Shown: positions 9,561 through 22,124 of the stretch, piece by piece
Position numbering within the stretch: position 1 is the stretch's first letter
How the letters are laid out: each line of letters opens with the position of its first letter
Source: Acutalibacteraceae bacterium
Lineage (GTDB): Bacteria > Bacillota > Clostridia > Oscillospirales > Acutalibacteraceae
Assembly: GCA_045587185.1 (NCBI GenBank)
Contig: JAZNBS010000050.1
Location: forward strand, 6,564 to 70,563
Length of the DNA: 64,000 nucleotides
Direction of reading: 5' to 3'
Position numbers and translations under genes: made by a program
The notes under the pieces: model-generated
Told to the model about the DNA's origin: nothing
Database searches by the model: none
The model's input: the letters and a program-made list of their open reading frames with translations, nothing else

Positions 9561-10694
9561 ATGAAGAGAATCTTTTCTGTTTTACTTATTTTTATTTTAA
9601 CACTTTCGCTGACAGTTTCGGTATCAGCACTCGGTAATGCCTTGTCTTGCAAGGTCACGAATGATACACTTAAAGCAGGTCAGAATGTTACTGTTACCGT
9701 GTCGATTGACGGAAACGAGGCTTTTGCTTCGATTGGTCTGACATTTGATTTCAACAGAGATGTTTTTGAAGTTGAGTCGGGAAAATGGGTTATGTCGGGT
9801 TTAGTGCTGACCGATTTCAACAAATCGGAAAATCGTGCTGTTGGCGCACTTTCAAATGCTGTTGTCAAAACAGGTGACATCTTTGAACTTGTTCTTAGGG
9901 TTAAAGACGGTGCACCTGCTGGTACATATTATGTAAAAACTGAACCTAGAATGAAAAACGGAACGCTTGACGTTACTGTTTCAAAAACCGAAATTGCGTT
10001 GAAGGTCGATGCGGGTACTTCCAACACCCCCTCTGACACACAGTCTTCAAATCAGCCCGGCGGTAATGCAAGTGAACCTTTGAACCACGTTCACAGTTAC
10101 GGTGATTTTGTGGTTGATGTTAAAGCTTCTTGTTATGAACCCGGTGTTAAGTCACGTCACTGCGAAGCATGTGGTCACAGAAAAGATATTACAATAATTG
10201 ATGCAACCGGACATAATTGGTCTGATTGGACCGTTGAGGTTGAAGCCACCGTTGACACCGTCGGTAAAAAGGTAAGAACCTGTACAAATGAAGGATGCTC
10301 TGAAAAACAGTATTCCGAAATTGCAAAGTTGAGCGCAGACGGTCACACTCATTTATTTAGCGATTGGTTTTTCACCAAACAGCCTACCTGTACCGAAAAG
10401 GGTGAGGCAACAAGAGTTTGTTCGATTTGCAGTGAACAGGAAAAAACCGAGGCGGCAAGTCTAGGTCATAAGTACGGTCAATGGGTTGTAAAAACCCAAC
10501 CAACTGTTGATAAGGAGGGTCTTATCGAGTGTGTTTGTGAGACCTGCTCAAATGTAAAAACATTCCCTCTTGAAAAATTGAAAGACACCGGCTCGGGTGT
10601 ATTTAGTATGCCGATAATCATTTTGATTTGCATTGTGTTTATTGCAGGTGTTATTGTTGTTTTGGTTATCTTGAATAAAAAGAGAAATATGTAA
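9561..10694 (+). CDS. Secreted, C-terminally membrane-anchored surface protein: cohesin-like N-domain plus four Cys-rich repeats
   Basis: Signal peptide, a beta-rich domain resembling cohesin-type folds, four GH-x-aromatic...CxxC units and a terminal TM followed by KKRNM. Confidence 0.6.
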   Translation: MKRIFSVLLIFILTLSLTVSVSALGNALSCKVTNDTLKAGQNVTVTVSIDGNEAFASIGLTFDFNRDVFEVESGKWVMSGLVLTDFNKSENRAVGALSNAVVKTGDIFELVLRVKDGAPAGTYYVKTEPRMKNGTLDVTVSKTEIALKVDAGTSNTPSDTQSSNQPGGNASEPLNHVHSYGDFVVDVKASCYEPGVKSRHCEACGHRKDITIIDATGHNWSDWTVEVEATVDTVGKKVRTCTNEGCSEKQYSEIAKLSADGHTHLFSDWFFTKQPTCTEKGEATRVCSICSEQEKTEAASLGHKYGQWVVKTQPTVDKEGLIECVCETCSNVKTFPLEKLKDTGSGVFSMPIIILICIVFIAGVIVVLVILNKKRNM

Positions 10695-10699
10695 TTTTA

Positions 10700-10756
10700 A
10701 GGCTGAACTAACGAGGTTTTCAACAAGTGAAAACTCTAAAAGTTCAGCCTTTTTTA
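10700..10756 (+). terminator. Rho-independent terminator (long stem)
   Basis: aggctgaact ... agttcagcct followed by a T-run. Confidence 0.6.
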
Positions 10757-10812
10757 TCGGTTTTTGATTATATCCTCTTTTAAAGGCATATATTTTGTTT
10801 GGAGGGGATATT

Positions 10813-11295
10813 ATGAACCGAGTAATACAATTTATAAAAAATAACCATATTAAGTTTGTGTGGATTGCGGTTACGTTGGCCGCAGGAATTATTGGTGCAC
10901 TGCTTTCGGGTAGTTTTGATGTCTACAGTCAGTACGATAAACCGCCGTTGTCACCGCCTGGAATTGTTTTTCCAATAGTGTGGACTTTGCTCTATATCTT
11001 AATGGGACTTGCGGCGGGTGTCATCGCTGAGTCTTATGACCTTGATAAGAGTAGGGCACTGAAACTTTATATTATTCAGTTGATTATAAACATTTTATGG
11101 CCCTTGATATTTTTCAGATTTAATGCACCAAAACTTGCTCTTTTTTGGTTAGTAATTTTGGTTGTTGCGGTTGTTTTGACAATACGCTCATTTTATTCAA
11201 TCAACTGCCGTGCTGCACTGCTTATGTTACCGTATTTAGCATGGTGTTTGTTTGCAACATACCTCAATTTTGGTATTGTTGTGTTAAATTCTTAA
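10813..11295 (+). CDS. tspO: Tryptophan-rich sensory protein TspO/MBR
   Basis: Five TM segments. PPGIVFPIVWTLLYILMG and LLMLPYLAWCLFATYLN motifs. Confidence 0.8.
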   Translation: MNRVIQFIKNNHIKFVWIAVTLAAGIIGALLSGSFDVYSQYDKPPLSPPGIVFPIVWTLLYILMGLAAGVIAESYDLDKSRALKLYIIQLIINILWPLIFFRFNAPKLALFWLVILVVAVVLTIRSFYSINCRAALLMLPYLAWCLFATYLNFGIVVLNS

Positions 11296-11307
11296 AAAAA
11301 TTGGTAA

Positions 11308-11703
<396 letters not shown>

Positions 11704-11714
11704 TTTGGAGGTAA

Positions 11715-13358
<1,644 letters not shown>

Positions 13359-13373
13359 TTGTGTTTTTTCAGA

Positions 13374-13406
13374 CGACCTTGCCCGTATGCGGCAAGGTCG
13401 TTTTTG
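13374..13406 (+). terminator. Rho-independent terminator after groEL
   Basis: acgaccttgcc ... ggcaaggtcgt followed by TTTT. Confidence 0.8.
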
Positions 13407-13461
13407 TGTTGACAACAATACCTAATTGATGTAGAATTATATAACAGAGGAAGTGACAGTA

Positions 13462-14313
13462 ATGCACGTCAATATTGTGGGTTTGGGTCTTATCGGTGGC
13501 TCGATTGCTAAAACCTTAAAAAAGAACTCCGATTGGTTTATTTCGGGATTTGATATATCTGAGGAAACATTGTCCGAAGCTAAAAGGAACTGTGCAATAG
13601 ATTGTGTTTGGGATGGTGTTACACCAAATTGTGCTGACCTTACGATACTTTGTTTGCAACCAAAAACTGCAAAGTATTTCCTTGAATCTCACGCTCATCT
13701 TTTTAAAAAAGGCTCGGTCGTGACTGATGTCTGCGGTGTCAAGGAATGGGTGGTCAATAGTTTAAGTAAAATATGTATAGAAAACGGTCTTTTGTTTATA
13801 GGCGGACACCCGATGGCAGGCAAGGAGCGAAGTGGTTTTAAAAATTCAGATGAAAACCTTTTTAACCGCGCATGCTATATTCTGACACCTGTTTCTGAGA
13901 CCGACCCTAAGTCATTCGATACCGCTAAACGTTATGTTGAGACACTGAAATGTGCTAAAATTACCGTAACTGACCCCAAAACTCACGACCGATTGATTGC
14001 TTTTACCTCACAGCTACCGCACGTTATTGCGGGCGCTTATGTAAAATCGCCGTCTTGCATTGATCGTAAAGGCTTTTCGGCTGGTTCATTTAAGGATGTG
14101 TCACGTGTTGCCACCGTTGATGAAAATTTGTGGACTGAGTTGTTTTTGAAAAATAGAGAGATGCTTTTGCCCGAAATAGACGGTCTTATTCAGCATCTAT
14201 TAACCTACCGCAACGCCATTGCTGATGGTGACGAACAACTTTTGAGTGAAGCTATACGTATGGGTAGAATAATTAAAGAAAACGACCTTCACAACACCGA
14301 TGAAAGGAAATGA
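13462..14313 (+). CDS. tyrA: Prephenate dehydrogenase
   Basis: NIVGLGLIGGSIA Rossmann motif, GGHPMAGKE and TSQLPHV motifs. Confidence 0.8.
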   Translation: MHVNIVGLGLIGGSIAKTLKKNSDWFISGFDISEETLSEAKRNCAIDCVWDGVTPNCADLTILCLQPKTAKYFLESHAHLFKKGSVVTDVCGVKEWVVNSLSKICIENGLLFIGGHPMAGKERSGFKNSDENLFNRACYILTPVSETDPKSFDTAKRYVETLKCAKITVTDPKTHDRLIAFTSQLPHVIAGAYVKSPSCIDRKGFSAGSFKDVSRVATVDENLWTELFLKNREMLLPEIDGLIQHLLTYRNAIADGDEQLLSEAIRMGRIIKENDLHNTDERK

Positions 14314-14317
14314 TATT

Positions 14318-15754
14318 ATGGTCAATCACGCAATGCTGATGGATTTTTATGAGTCTACGATGGCTAACGGTGCTATTCTGCAGGGTCATGAGGATACTGT
14401 TGCTTATTTTGATATGTTTTTCCGCCGAGTACCTGATAATGGCGGTTTTGCCATCATGGCAGGTCTTGAGCAGTTGATAAATGACCTTAAAAACTTTAAA
14501 TTTTCAAAAGAGGATATCGACTATATGCGTAGTCAGAAACTTTTTGATGAAAAGTTTCTTGATTATCTTGAAAATTTTAAATTTTCCTGCGATATATGGG
14601 CTATCCCTGAGGGTACACCGATTTTTCCGCGTGAACCGATTGTAACTGTACGAGGTCCTATTATTCAGTTATTTTTGATTGAGACTCTGGTGTTACTCAA
14701 TATTAACCACCAGTCACTTATTGCAACCAAGGCTAACCGTATCGTGCGTGCCGCACAGGGTAGGGCGGTTATGGAATTTGGCGCACGCCGCGCTCACGGT
14801 GCTGACGCTTCAATTTGCGGCGCCAGAGCTGCATATATCGGCGGTTGTGTTGGAACTTCCTGTGTTAAGGCCGGCAAAGATTTCAACATTCCTGTTTTGG
14901 GCACAATGGCTCACAGTTGGATACAACTTTTTGACACAGAGTATGACGCTTTTAAGGCTTATGCTGAAGTATATCGCGAAAAATCGCTGTTTTTAGTTGA
15001 TACCTACGATACGCTTAAATCGGGTATACCTAATGTCATTAAGGTTGCCGATGAAGTATTAAAGCCTATGGGTTGCCGTCCGTTAGGTATCAGAATTGAT
15101 AGCGGTGATATAACCTATCTATCGAAAAGAGCAAGGAAAATGCTTGACGAGGCAGGTTATCCCGACTGTGCAATTTGCGTTTCCAACGCGTTGGACGAGT
15201 ACCTTATCCGTGATATGCTTATGCAAGGTGCAAAGGTTGATACCTTCGGCGTTGGAGAACGTCTTATCACGGCATCCAGTGAGGCAGTATTCGGCGGTGT
15301 TTATAAACTAAGTGCCGTAGAGGATAAAAATGGCAGTATTACCCCTAAAATTAAACTTTCGGAGAACACCTCGAAAATTACTTTGCCCGGTTTCAAGCAA
15401 TCGTGGAGACTTTTTGACCGAGAAAGCGGCAAAGCCATTGCAGATGTTATAACCCTTCACGACGAGGTGATTGATGATACCAAAGAGTATGAGATTTTTG
15501 ACCCCGAGTTTACTTGGAAACGAAAGAAGGTACACGATTTTATTGCAAGACCCTTGCAGGTGCAGATATTCAAAAACGGCGAACTGAAATATAAATGTCC
15601 TAGTGCAACTGAAATTCGCGATTACCGTGAGCAACAGGTCGAGTCGCTTTGGGAAGAAGTTCAGCGTTTTGAAAAACCGCATAAATATTACGTTGACCTT
15701 TCGCAAAAACTGTGGGATCTGCATCAGCAGATGATAAGCAAAGTATCTAAATAA
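14318..15754 (+). CDS. pncB: Nicotinate phosphoribosyltransferase
   Basis: MDFYESTMANG, EFGARRAHG and GTMAHSWIQ motifs. Confidence 0.85.
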   Translation: MVNHAMLMDFYESTMANGAILQGHEDTVAYFDMFFRRVPDNGGFAIMAGLEQLINDLKNFKFSKEDIDYMRSQKLFDEKFLDYLENFKFSCDIWAIPEGTPIFPREPIVTVRGPIIQLFLIETLVLLNINHQSLIATKANRIVRAAQGRAVMEFGARRAHGADASICGARAAYIGGCVGTSCVKAGKDFNIPVLGTMAHSWIQLFDTEYDAFKAYAEVYREKSLFLVDTYDTLKSGIPNVIKVADEVLKPMGCRPLGIRIDSGDITYLSKRARKMLDEAGYPDCAICVSNALDEYLIRDMLMQGAKVDTFGVGERLITASSEAVFGGVYKLSAVEDKNGSITPKIKLSENTSKITLPGFKQSWRLFDRESGKAIADVITLHDEVIDDTKEYEIFDPEFTWKRKKVHDFIARPLQVQIFKNGELKYKCPSATEIRDYREQQVESLWEEVQRFEKPHKYYVDLSQKLWDLHQQMISKVSK

Positions 15755-15927
15755 CAACGCACAAGCCTTCCTTAAAATAATGGGGAGGCTTATGTTATAA
15801 ATAAATATTTCCAAATGCAATAATTTATATATTTTCGGTTGAAAAAATACTTTATGTGTAGTATAATCACATAGATACTACCGTTAGGAAGTATATAGTT
15901 TTTATTATCAAAAAGGATGAACAGTTA

Positions 15928-18330
15928 ATGTCTCAGAATGATACAGTTTTCACTATGCCGGCGATGGCTATGCGCGGTATCGTTGTGTACCCTAAAACCG
16001 TGGTGCATTTTGATGTTGTTCGCAAAAAATCCATAGAGGCTTTGAATATTGCAATGGCGGGTAACCGCCGTATTTTCCTTGTTACCCAACGTGATATTTC
16101 GGTTGAGGAACCTAACGAGAAGGATCTTTATTCCGTTGGATGTGTTGCTAAAATTCGTCAGATAGCACGTGTTCAGGGTGATGTTGTACGTGTGTTGGTT
16201 GAAGGTTGCTACCGCGCTGAAATGCTTTCGCTTACTTCAACTGAACCCACTCTTTATGCTGATGTCATCAGAATAATCGACCAACCTGTAAAGTGCCGTC
16301 CCGTTTATAAAGAGGCTTTGCTCAGAAGCGCTAAAACTGCGTTTGATGAGTATGCCCGTGTTGCACCCAAGGTTTCACCCGACGTTATTATGTCGGTTGT
16401 TGCGGCCGATGATATGGGCTTCCTTGCCGATTTTATCACCCATAATATGCCTGTCGATTATGATGACAAGCAATATATTCTTGAGCAGTCTGATACAAAA
16501 AAGCGTTTGCAACTTGTTGTTTCCTTGCTTAAACGTGAGAGGGAAATTATGGGTATTGATGCCAAAATTAATGAAAAGGTTAAAGCCAATATCGACGAAA
16601 ATCAGAGGGAGTACTATCTCCGTGAACAGATAAAGGTTATAAACGAAGAACTTTACGGAAACTCAGGACCCGAGGATGAATGCGATAAATATTACAAGCG
16701 CATTGACGAAATGAGCGCTTCGGATGATGTTAAAAAGCGCCTTCGTGAAGAGGTTGACCGTTATCAGAAGATGCCCTCGGGCTCGCATGAGGCTACCGTT
16801 GTGCTCAACTACCTTGACACTTGCCTTAATCTCCCTTGGGGAGTTTACACAGAATCTAAAATTGACCTTGCGAAATCAAAAAGGATACTTGATAAGGCAC
16901 ATTACGGCCTTGAAAAGGTTAAAGAGAGAATTATTGAACTTCTTGCCGTCCACACTCTTGTGCCTGATGCTAAGGGACAGATTATTTGTCTCGTCGGCCC
17001 TCCAGGTGTGGGTAAGACCTCTATCGTAAAATCTGTTGCCGAATGTATGGGCAGAAAATATGCACGTGTGGCTTTGGGCGGTGTCGGTGACGAGTCTGAA
17101 ATCAGAGGACACCGTAAGACCTACATAGGTGCAATGCCAGGCCGAATTATCAACGCAATAAAGACTGCGGGAAGTTCCAATGCCGTAATTTTGCTTGATG
17201 AGATAGACAAACTGGGTTCATCATATAAGGGTGACCCTGCATCGGCTATGCTCGAGATTTTGGACAGTGAGCAGAACTCCACTTTCTTCGATCACTACAT
17301 TGACATGCCGTTTGATTTGAGCCGTGTTCTATTTATTACAACGGCTAATGACGCAAGCAATATTCCTGCACCGTTGCTTGACAGAATGGAACTCATTGAA
17401 CTTGGAAGTTATACCCGTGAGGAAAAGTTTCAGATTGCCAAGCGTCACCTTGTCAAAAAGCAGATGTCTGCTGTTGGACTTACCGCTAAAGAATTGAAGT
17501 TCACCGATGAGGCTATCTATAAACTTATTGATTCTTACACCCGTGAAGCAGGTGTTCGCCGTCTTGACCGCAATTTTGGTTCAATCTGCAGAAAATCTGC
17601 GGCAAGGATTGTTTCTGGTGAGAAGAGTGTGAAGATTACCCCTGTAATTTTGCACGAAATGTTAGGTACTGAGAAATATAAACCAGATGTTTTGCAGAAA
17701 AAGGACGAAATCGGTCTTGTTAACGGACTTGCGTGGACAAGTGTTGGCGGTGAGTTGTTACAACTTGAGGTCGTGTGCGTTCCCGGTACCGGAAAACTTG
17801 AACTGACAGGCTCATTGGGTGACGTTATGAAGGAATCGGCACACGCTGCCATCACCTGTGTGCGTAGCCGTGCCGAGGTTTTGGGTATTGATAAAGAGTT
17901 TTACAAAAATCTTGATATACACATCCACGCACCCGAAGCCGCCGTTCCTAAGGACGGTCCGTCGGCAGGTGTCACAATGGTTACTGCCATTGTTTCTGCT
18001 TTGACAGGAACACCCGTCCGCCGTGATGTTGCTATGACGGGCGAGGTCACTTTGAGGGGTAGGGTAATGCCTATCGGCGGACTTAAAGAGAAGTCGATGG
18101 CGGCATACCGCAACGGCATTAAAAAGGTGTTCATACCTATTGAAAACTTGCCTAATCTTGATGAAGTTGACCAAATAGTCAAGGATAATGTTGAGTTCAA
18201 AGCGGTTGAAAGTATTGATGACATACTGTCTGATGCTTTGGTCTCAATGCCATCGTCAGCCACCAAGGAAAACGAGTTTTATAATATCACAAAAACCGTA
18301 AAATCCAACAATGCTGCAGTTCATAACTAA
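15928..18330 (+). CDS. lon: ATP-dependent Lon protease (LonA)
   Basis: N-terminal LON domain, Walker A GPPGVGKTS and protease motif PKDGPSAGVTM. Confidence 0.95.
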   Translation: MSQNDTVFTMPAMAMRGIVVYPKTVVHFDVVRKKSIEALNIAMAGNRRIFLVTQRDISVEEPNEKDLYSVGCVAKIRQIARVQGDVVRVLVEGCYRAEMLSLTSTEPTLYADVIRIIDQPVKCRPVYKEALLRSAKTAFDEYARVAPKVSPDVIMSVVAADDMGFLADFITHNMPVDYDDKQYILEQSDTKKRLQLVVSLLKREREIMGIDAKINEKVKANIDENQREYYLREQIKVINEELYGNSGPEDECDKYYKRIDEMSASDDVKKRLREEVDRYQKMPSGSHEATVVLNYLDTCLNLPWGVYTESKIDLAKSKRILDKAHYGLEKVKERIIELLAVHTLVPDAKGQIICLVGPPGVGKTSIVKSVAECMGRKYARVALGGVGDESEIRGHRKTYIGAMPGRIINAIKTAGSSNAVILLDEIDKLGSSYKGDPASAMLEILDSEQNSTFFDHYIDMPFDLSRVLFITTANDASNIPAPLLDRMELIELGSYTREEKFQIAKRHLVKKQMSAVGLTAKELKFTDEAIYKLIDSYTREAGVRRLDRNFGSICRKSAARIVSGEKSVKITPVILHEMLGTEKYKPDVLQKKDEIGLVNGLAWTSVGGELLQLEVVCVPGTGKLELTGSLGDVMKESAHAAITCVRSRAEVLGIDKEFYKNLDIHIHAPEAAVPKDGPSAGVTMVTAIVSALTGTPVRRDVAMTGEVTLRGRVMPIGGLKEKSMAAYRNGIKKVFIPIENLPNLDEVDQIVKDNVEFKAVESIDDILSDALVSMPSSATKENEFYNITKTVKSNNAAVHN

Positions 18331-18353
18331 TTATCGGTTTGAGGAGAAGAGAT

Positions 18354-18950
18354 ATGAATTACAATAAGGCTGAGTTTGAGACCTCGGCAGGAACTAGTAA
18401 GGGACTTTTGCCTTCTGATAGACCTGAGGTTTGCTTTTCGGGTCACTCAAATGTTGGTAAATCGTCTCTGATAAACAAGGTGTTTAACCGAAAATCTTTT
18501 GCAAGAACAAGTAATAAACCCGGTAAAACGGCGACGGTTAATTTTTTTAGATGTGAAAATATCCGTCTTGCAGACCTGCCAGGTTACGGTTTTGCAAAGG
18601 TCTCATTTGACGAGCGTCAGCGTTGGGCCGAACTTATGGAAGGCTATTTCTCACAAGGACGTGATATCCGCCTTGTTTTTCAACTTATCGATGCGCGCCA
18701 CAAGCCCACAAAGGATGATATTGATATGTTGCACTACCTTTGTGACAACCAGTTTCCGTTTGTTGTGGTTCTGACCAAGATCGATAAATTAAAAAAAACC
18801 GAGCGTGAGAATAATCTAATAATGCTCAAAGAAGAAATGAGTTTTATCGGTGATGTGCCTATGATACCGTTTTCTGCCGAAAACGGAGAGGGTTGCGATT
18901 ATTTACGCGCCATATTGGATGAGATAAACGAAAAGGGGAAATTTGAGTGA
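18354..18950 (+). CDS. engB: Ribosome-biogenesis GTPase EngB/YsxC
   Basis: GHSNVGKSSLIN (G1), DLPGYG (G3) and TKIDK (G4). Conserved position after lon. Confidence 0.9.
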   Translation: MNYNKAEFETSAGTSKGLLPSDRPEVCFSGHSNVGKSSLINKVFNRKSFARTSNKPGKTATVNFFRCENIRLADLPGYGFAKVSFDERQRWAELMEGYFSQGRDIRLVFQLIDARHKPTKDDIDMLHYLCDNQFPFVVVLTKIDKLKKTERENNLIMLKEEMSFIGDVPMIPFSAENGEGCDYLRAILDEINEKGKFE

Positions 18951-20242
18951 TTAGCGAGAGTGTCGGTGTTAATAATTGCGGCAATCTTACAGTCGGAGGG
19001 GCCGACTGTGTTGAATTGGCACAAAATTTTGGAACACCGCTTTATGTCTTTGACGAAAATTTAATCAGAAAGACTTGCCGTGAGTTTAAGGCATCTATTG
19101 ATGAGTTTTATGATGGTAACGGTCTTGTTCTGTATGCAAGTAAAGCCTTTTCATGCAAGGAAATGTACCGTATCGTGCAGTCTGAAGGCTTGGGATGTGA
19201 CGTTGTATCGGGCGGCGAACTTTTTACCGCTTTATCTGCAGGTTTTAAGGCAGAAAATATATTTTTTCACGGTAACAACAAAACCTTGGACGAGATAGAA
19301 TATGCCTTGAAATCGGGTGTGGGACGACTTGTTGTTGATAATGAGACAGAACTGGAAAATATTCAGAGAATTGCTGGGAATTTAGGAGTTCGCGCTAATA
19401 TTGTTTTAAGAATCAAACCCGGTATTGATGCCCATACGCATGACTATATCCGTACGGGTCAGATTGATTCCAAATTCGGTTTTGCTTTGGAAAACGGAGA
19501 GGCATTTGAGTGTACGGAAAAGGCATTGAAATATAAAAATATTGCTCTGTATGGTTTCCATTGTCATATCGCATCACAGGTCTGTGAGACCAAGCCATTT
19601 CAAGAGGCCGCAGAGGTTATGCTGACCTTTATGAGCCAAGTGCGCGAGCGGTTTGGTGTAACATTGACCGAACTCAACCTCGGCGGCGGATTCGGTGTAA
19701 AATACATTGAGTCTGACGGTCAGATTCCGTTTTGTGAGTATATGAAAAACACTGCTGTTGCTTTGAAAACCAAAGCAGATGAATTGAATTTTCCTGTGCC
19801 AAAGATTTTTATTGAGCCTGGTCGTTCTGTTATTGCACCTGCGGGACTCACGCTTTATACTGTTGGCAATGTCAAGACTATCAAGGATGTAAGAACATAT
19901 GTTGCTATAGATGGTGGAATGGGGGATAATCCCCGATATGCTTTGTATCAGGCCGATTATACTGTAGAAATTGCCAATAAGGTATTGCAGCCCAAAGATT
20001 TTATTGCCACAGTTGCAGGCAAGTGTTGTGAAAGCGGTGACCTTATTCAGGAACACGCACCGATGCAGAAACCCGAAGTCGGTGATATTATGGCGGTGCT
20101 CAATACAGGTGCTTACTGCTACTCAATGGCTAGCAACTACAACCGCATAAGAAGACCAATGGTTGTAATGGTGAAAGACGGTAAGGCTCGGGTTATAGTA
20201 AAGCGAGAAACATATGAGGATATTATCAAAAATGATATTTGA
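18947..20242 (+). CDS. lysA: Diaminopimelate decarboxylase
   Basis: PLP fold-III decarboxylase motifs: YASKAF, LNLGGGFG, EPGRS and CESGD. Confidence 0.9.
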   Translation: MISESVGVNNCGNLTVGGADCVELAQNFGTPLYVFDENLIRKTCREFKASIDEFYDGNGLVLYASKAFSCKEMYRIVQSEGLGCDVVSGGELFTALSAGFKAENIFFHGNNKTLDEIEYALKSGVGRLVVDNETELENIQRIAGNLGVRANIVLRIKPGIDAHTHDYIRTGQIDSKFGFALENGEAFECTEKALKYKNIALYGFHCHIASQVCETKPFQEAAEVMLTFMSQVRERFGVTLTELNLGGGFGVKYIESDGQIPFCEYMKNTAVALKTKADELNFPVPKIFIEPGRSVIAPAGLTLYTVGNVKTIKDVRTYVAIDGGMGDNPRYALYQADYTVEIANKVLQPKDFIATVAGKCCESGDLIQEHAPMQKPEVGDIMAVLNTGAYCYSMASNYNRIRRPMVVMVKDGKARVIVKRETYEDIIKNDI

Positions 20243-20248
20243 CGGTAG

Positions 20249-20929
20249 GTGAACTTGATGCGTGACGATATCACAAGTATTCCTATAAGTGAGGTCTTTG
20301 AGCCTAAGGACGGTTGTCCAGTTTGCCGACTGCGTGATATGTTGGAAGAGCGTTCAGTAACCTATATCACGGGAGCCGCTATGATGGAGCCTGATGTGAG
20401 AATTGAGACCAATAAGAAAGGTTTTTGCCATCTTCATTACAAGCAGATGCTTGAAAACAGCAAACAGTTGACCATTGCTTTGATTTTGCAAAGCCATCTT
20501 GCCCAGATTGCAAACGACGGTGTTACAAAGTCGCCTAACGGCCGTTTCGGTAAAAAAGAACCCGTTAAAAAGACCTGTTTTGTTTGTGAAAAACTTGAAC
20601 GTAATATGGAGCATATTATCAATAACATCTGTGTTTTGTGGGAGAAGGAAAAGGAATTCAGAAACCTTTATTCCGAGCAACCTTTTATATGCCTTGAGCA
20701 CAGTAAGATGCTGACCGCGTCCTCAGGTGTGATTTCGGGTAAAAACCGCCGTGAGTTTCAAAAGGTAACCGAGAAGTTATCACTTGAATATCTTGTTGCG
20801 CTTGCGGGCGATTTAAAGCATTTCAGTGATATGTTTGATTACCGCAGTAATGGGGAAGAGGACTGGGGAAATTCCAAAGATTCGGTTGAACGCACCATAA
20901 AATATCTTACAACAAGAGATGTTGACTAA
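20249..20929 (+). CDS. Conserved hypothetical protein with two CxxC...CxxH zinc-ribbon-like motifs
   Basis: CPVCR...CHLH and CFVCE...CLEH pairs. The exact start codon is uncertain. Confidence 0.5.
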   Translation: MNLMRDDITSIPISEVFEPKDGCPVCRLRDMLEERSVTYITGAAMMEPDVRIETNKKGFCHLHYKQMLENSKQLTIALILQSHLAQIANDGVTKSPNGRFGKKEPVKKTCFVCEKLERNMEHIINNICVLWEKEKEFRNLYSEQPFICLEHSKMLTASSGVISGKNRREFQKVTEKLSLEYLVALAGDLKHFSDMFDYRSNGEEDWGNSKDSVERTIKYLTTRDVD

Positions 20930-20933
20930 ATAG

Positions 20934-20972
20934 AAAGACAGAGAACATTTTATTTGTTCTCTGTCTTTTTTT
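20934..20972. terminator. Bidirectional terminator between convergent genes
   Basis: aaagacagagaaca-loop-tgttctctgtcttt with an A-run before and a T-run after. Confidence 0.8.
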
Positions 20973-21810
20973 AAGTTTTCTGATTTCTGATATAGTTAAA
21001 AAGATACTGTTGGGCGATACCTGCGTATTGCTCGGCACACTCTGGGAATTTGCCATTGAAATATTCATCAATAGCGCGTTTTATCCATACATCTTTGGGT
21101 AAAGCGTCTATACGTTGAAAACCGAAAAGCAAAGTGCAGTCAGCCACTTTTACGCCAACACCTGTTATTTTCATAAGTTCCGCACGTGCCGTATCGGTGT
21201 CAGCCGTTGCAATCAGTTCAAGGTCAATGTCACCGTTTATATATTTTTTTGCACCGTCAATTATGTATCTTGCCCTGAATCCTGCGCGGATGGGTGATAG
21301 GTCTGCGACGGTCAGCGATGCAATTTTTTCAGCAGTTGGAAAGTTAAAACCGCCGTTTTTAAGCGGTTGGCCAAAGTTTTCGCAAAGACGGCTTATTATA
21401 CCTTTTATTCTCGGTATATTGTTATTTTGAGAAATAATAAATGAACATAACGCTTCCCATGTGTCCTGTTTTAAAATCCTGATACCTTTGTTTTGTGCGG
21501 CGGCACTTTTTAATATTGTGTCGTTTGATATTGTGTCGATTATCTTCCCGTAATCGCGGTCAATATCAAGATATTTGCGCCATTTTTCCTCATACTCCGA
21601 AAGAGAGCAATCATAAAGCGTAATTGTGCCGTCATTATGGCCAACACGCAGTTTTCTGCCCAGCGCTATGCCAACCCATGAGGTTTCGTCAAACGGTTCC
21701 CAGCGAAATGCCTGACCGCAATCAAATGTTTCACTTAGACCAAAGTGCTCAACGCCCGTTATTATAACATTCCCATTCTTTTCAATGGCTGTTGGATTGT
21801 ATTTGTTCAT
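20971..21810 (-). CDS. ogg: 8-oxoguanine DNA glycosylase / HhH-GPD family glycosylase
   Basis: The OGG N-domain motif FDCGQAFRW and the HhH-GPD region ITGVGVKVADC...LPKDVW. Confidence 0.8.
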   Translation of the reverse strand: MNKYNPTAIEKNGNVIITGVEHFGLSETFDCGQAFRWEPFDETSWVGIALGRKLRVGHNDGTITLYDCSLSEYEEKWRKYLDIDRDYGKIIDTISNDTILKSAAAQNKGIRILKQDTWEALCSFIISQNNNIPRIKGIISRLCENFGQPLKNGGFNFPTAEKIASLTVADLSPIRAGFRARYIIDGAKKYINGDIDLELIATADTDTARAELMKITGVGVKVADCTLLFGFQRIDALPKDVWIKRAIDEYFNGKFPECAEQYAGIAQQYLFNYIRNQKT

Positions 21811-22124
21811 TTTTTCACCCCAATTCGTCAATTAAATTATACTTTATTTTCGAGAACAATGCAATCGTAAAAGTCAAGCAAATTTTTGAAAGAATTACAA
21901 TTTGTAGGGTTACATAAATCCTAAAATTATGTAAATATAGGTCGAAATGAGCAGTAAATATAACAGTTTTTAGACTTTTCCACAAAGTTATGCACAAGTA
22001 TTATGTAAACCGATAATTACAAACTGTATTATTTTCAAAAAAATGAAGAAATTTCCTTGACAAAGTATGAACGGCAATTTATATGTCAAAAATACCGTAA
22101 AGAGAGTGCGAAAGGAGAATATTT

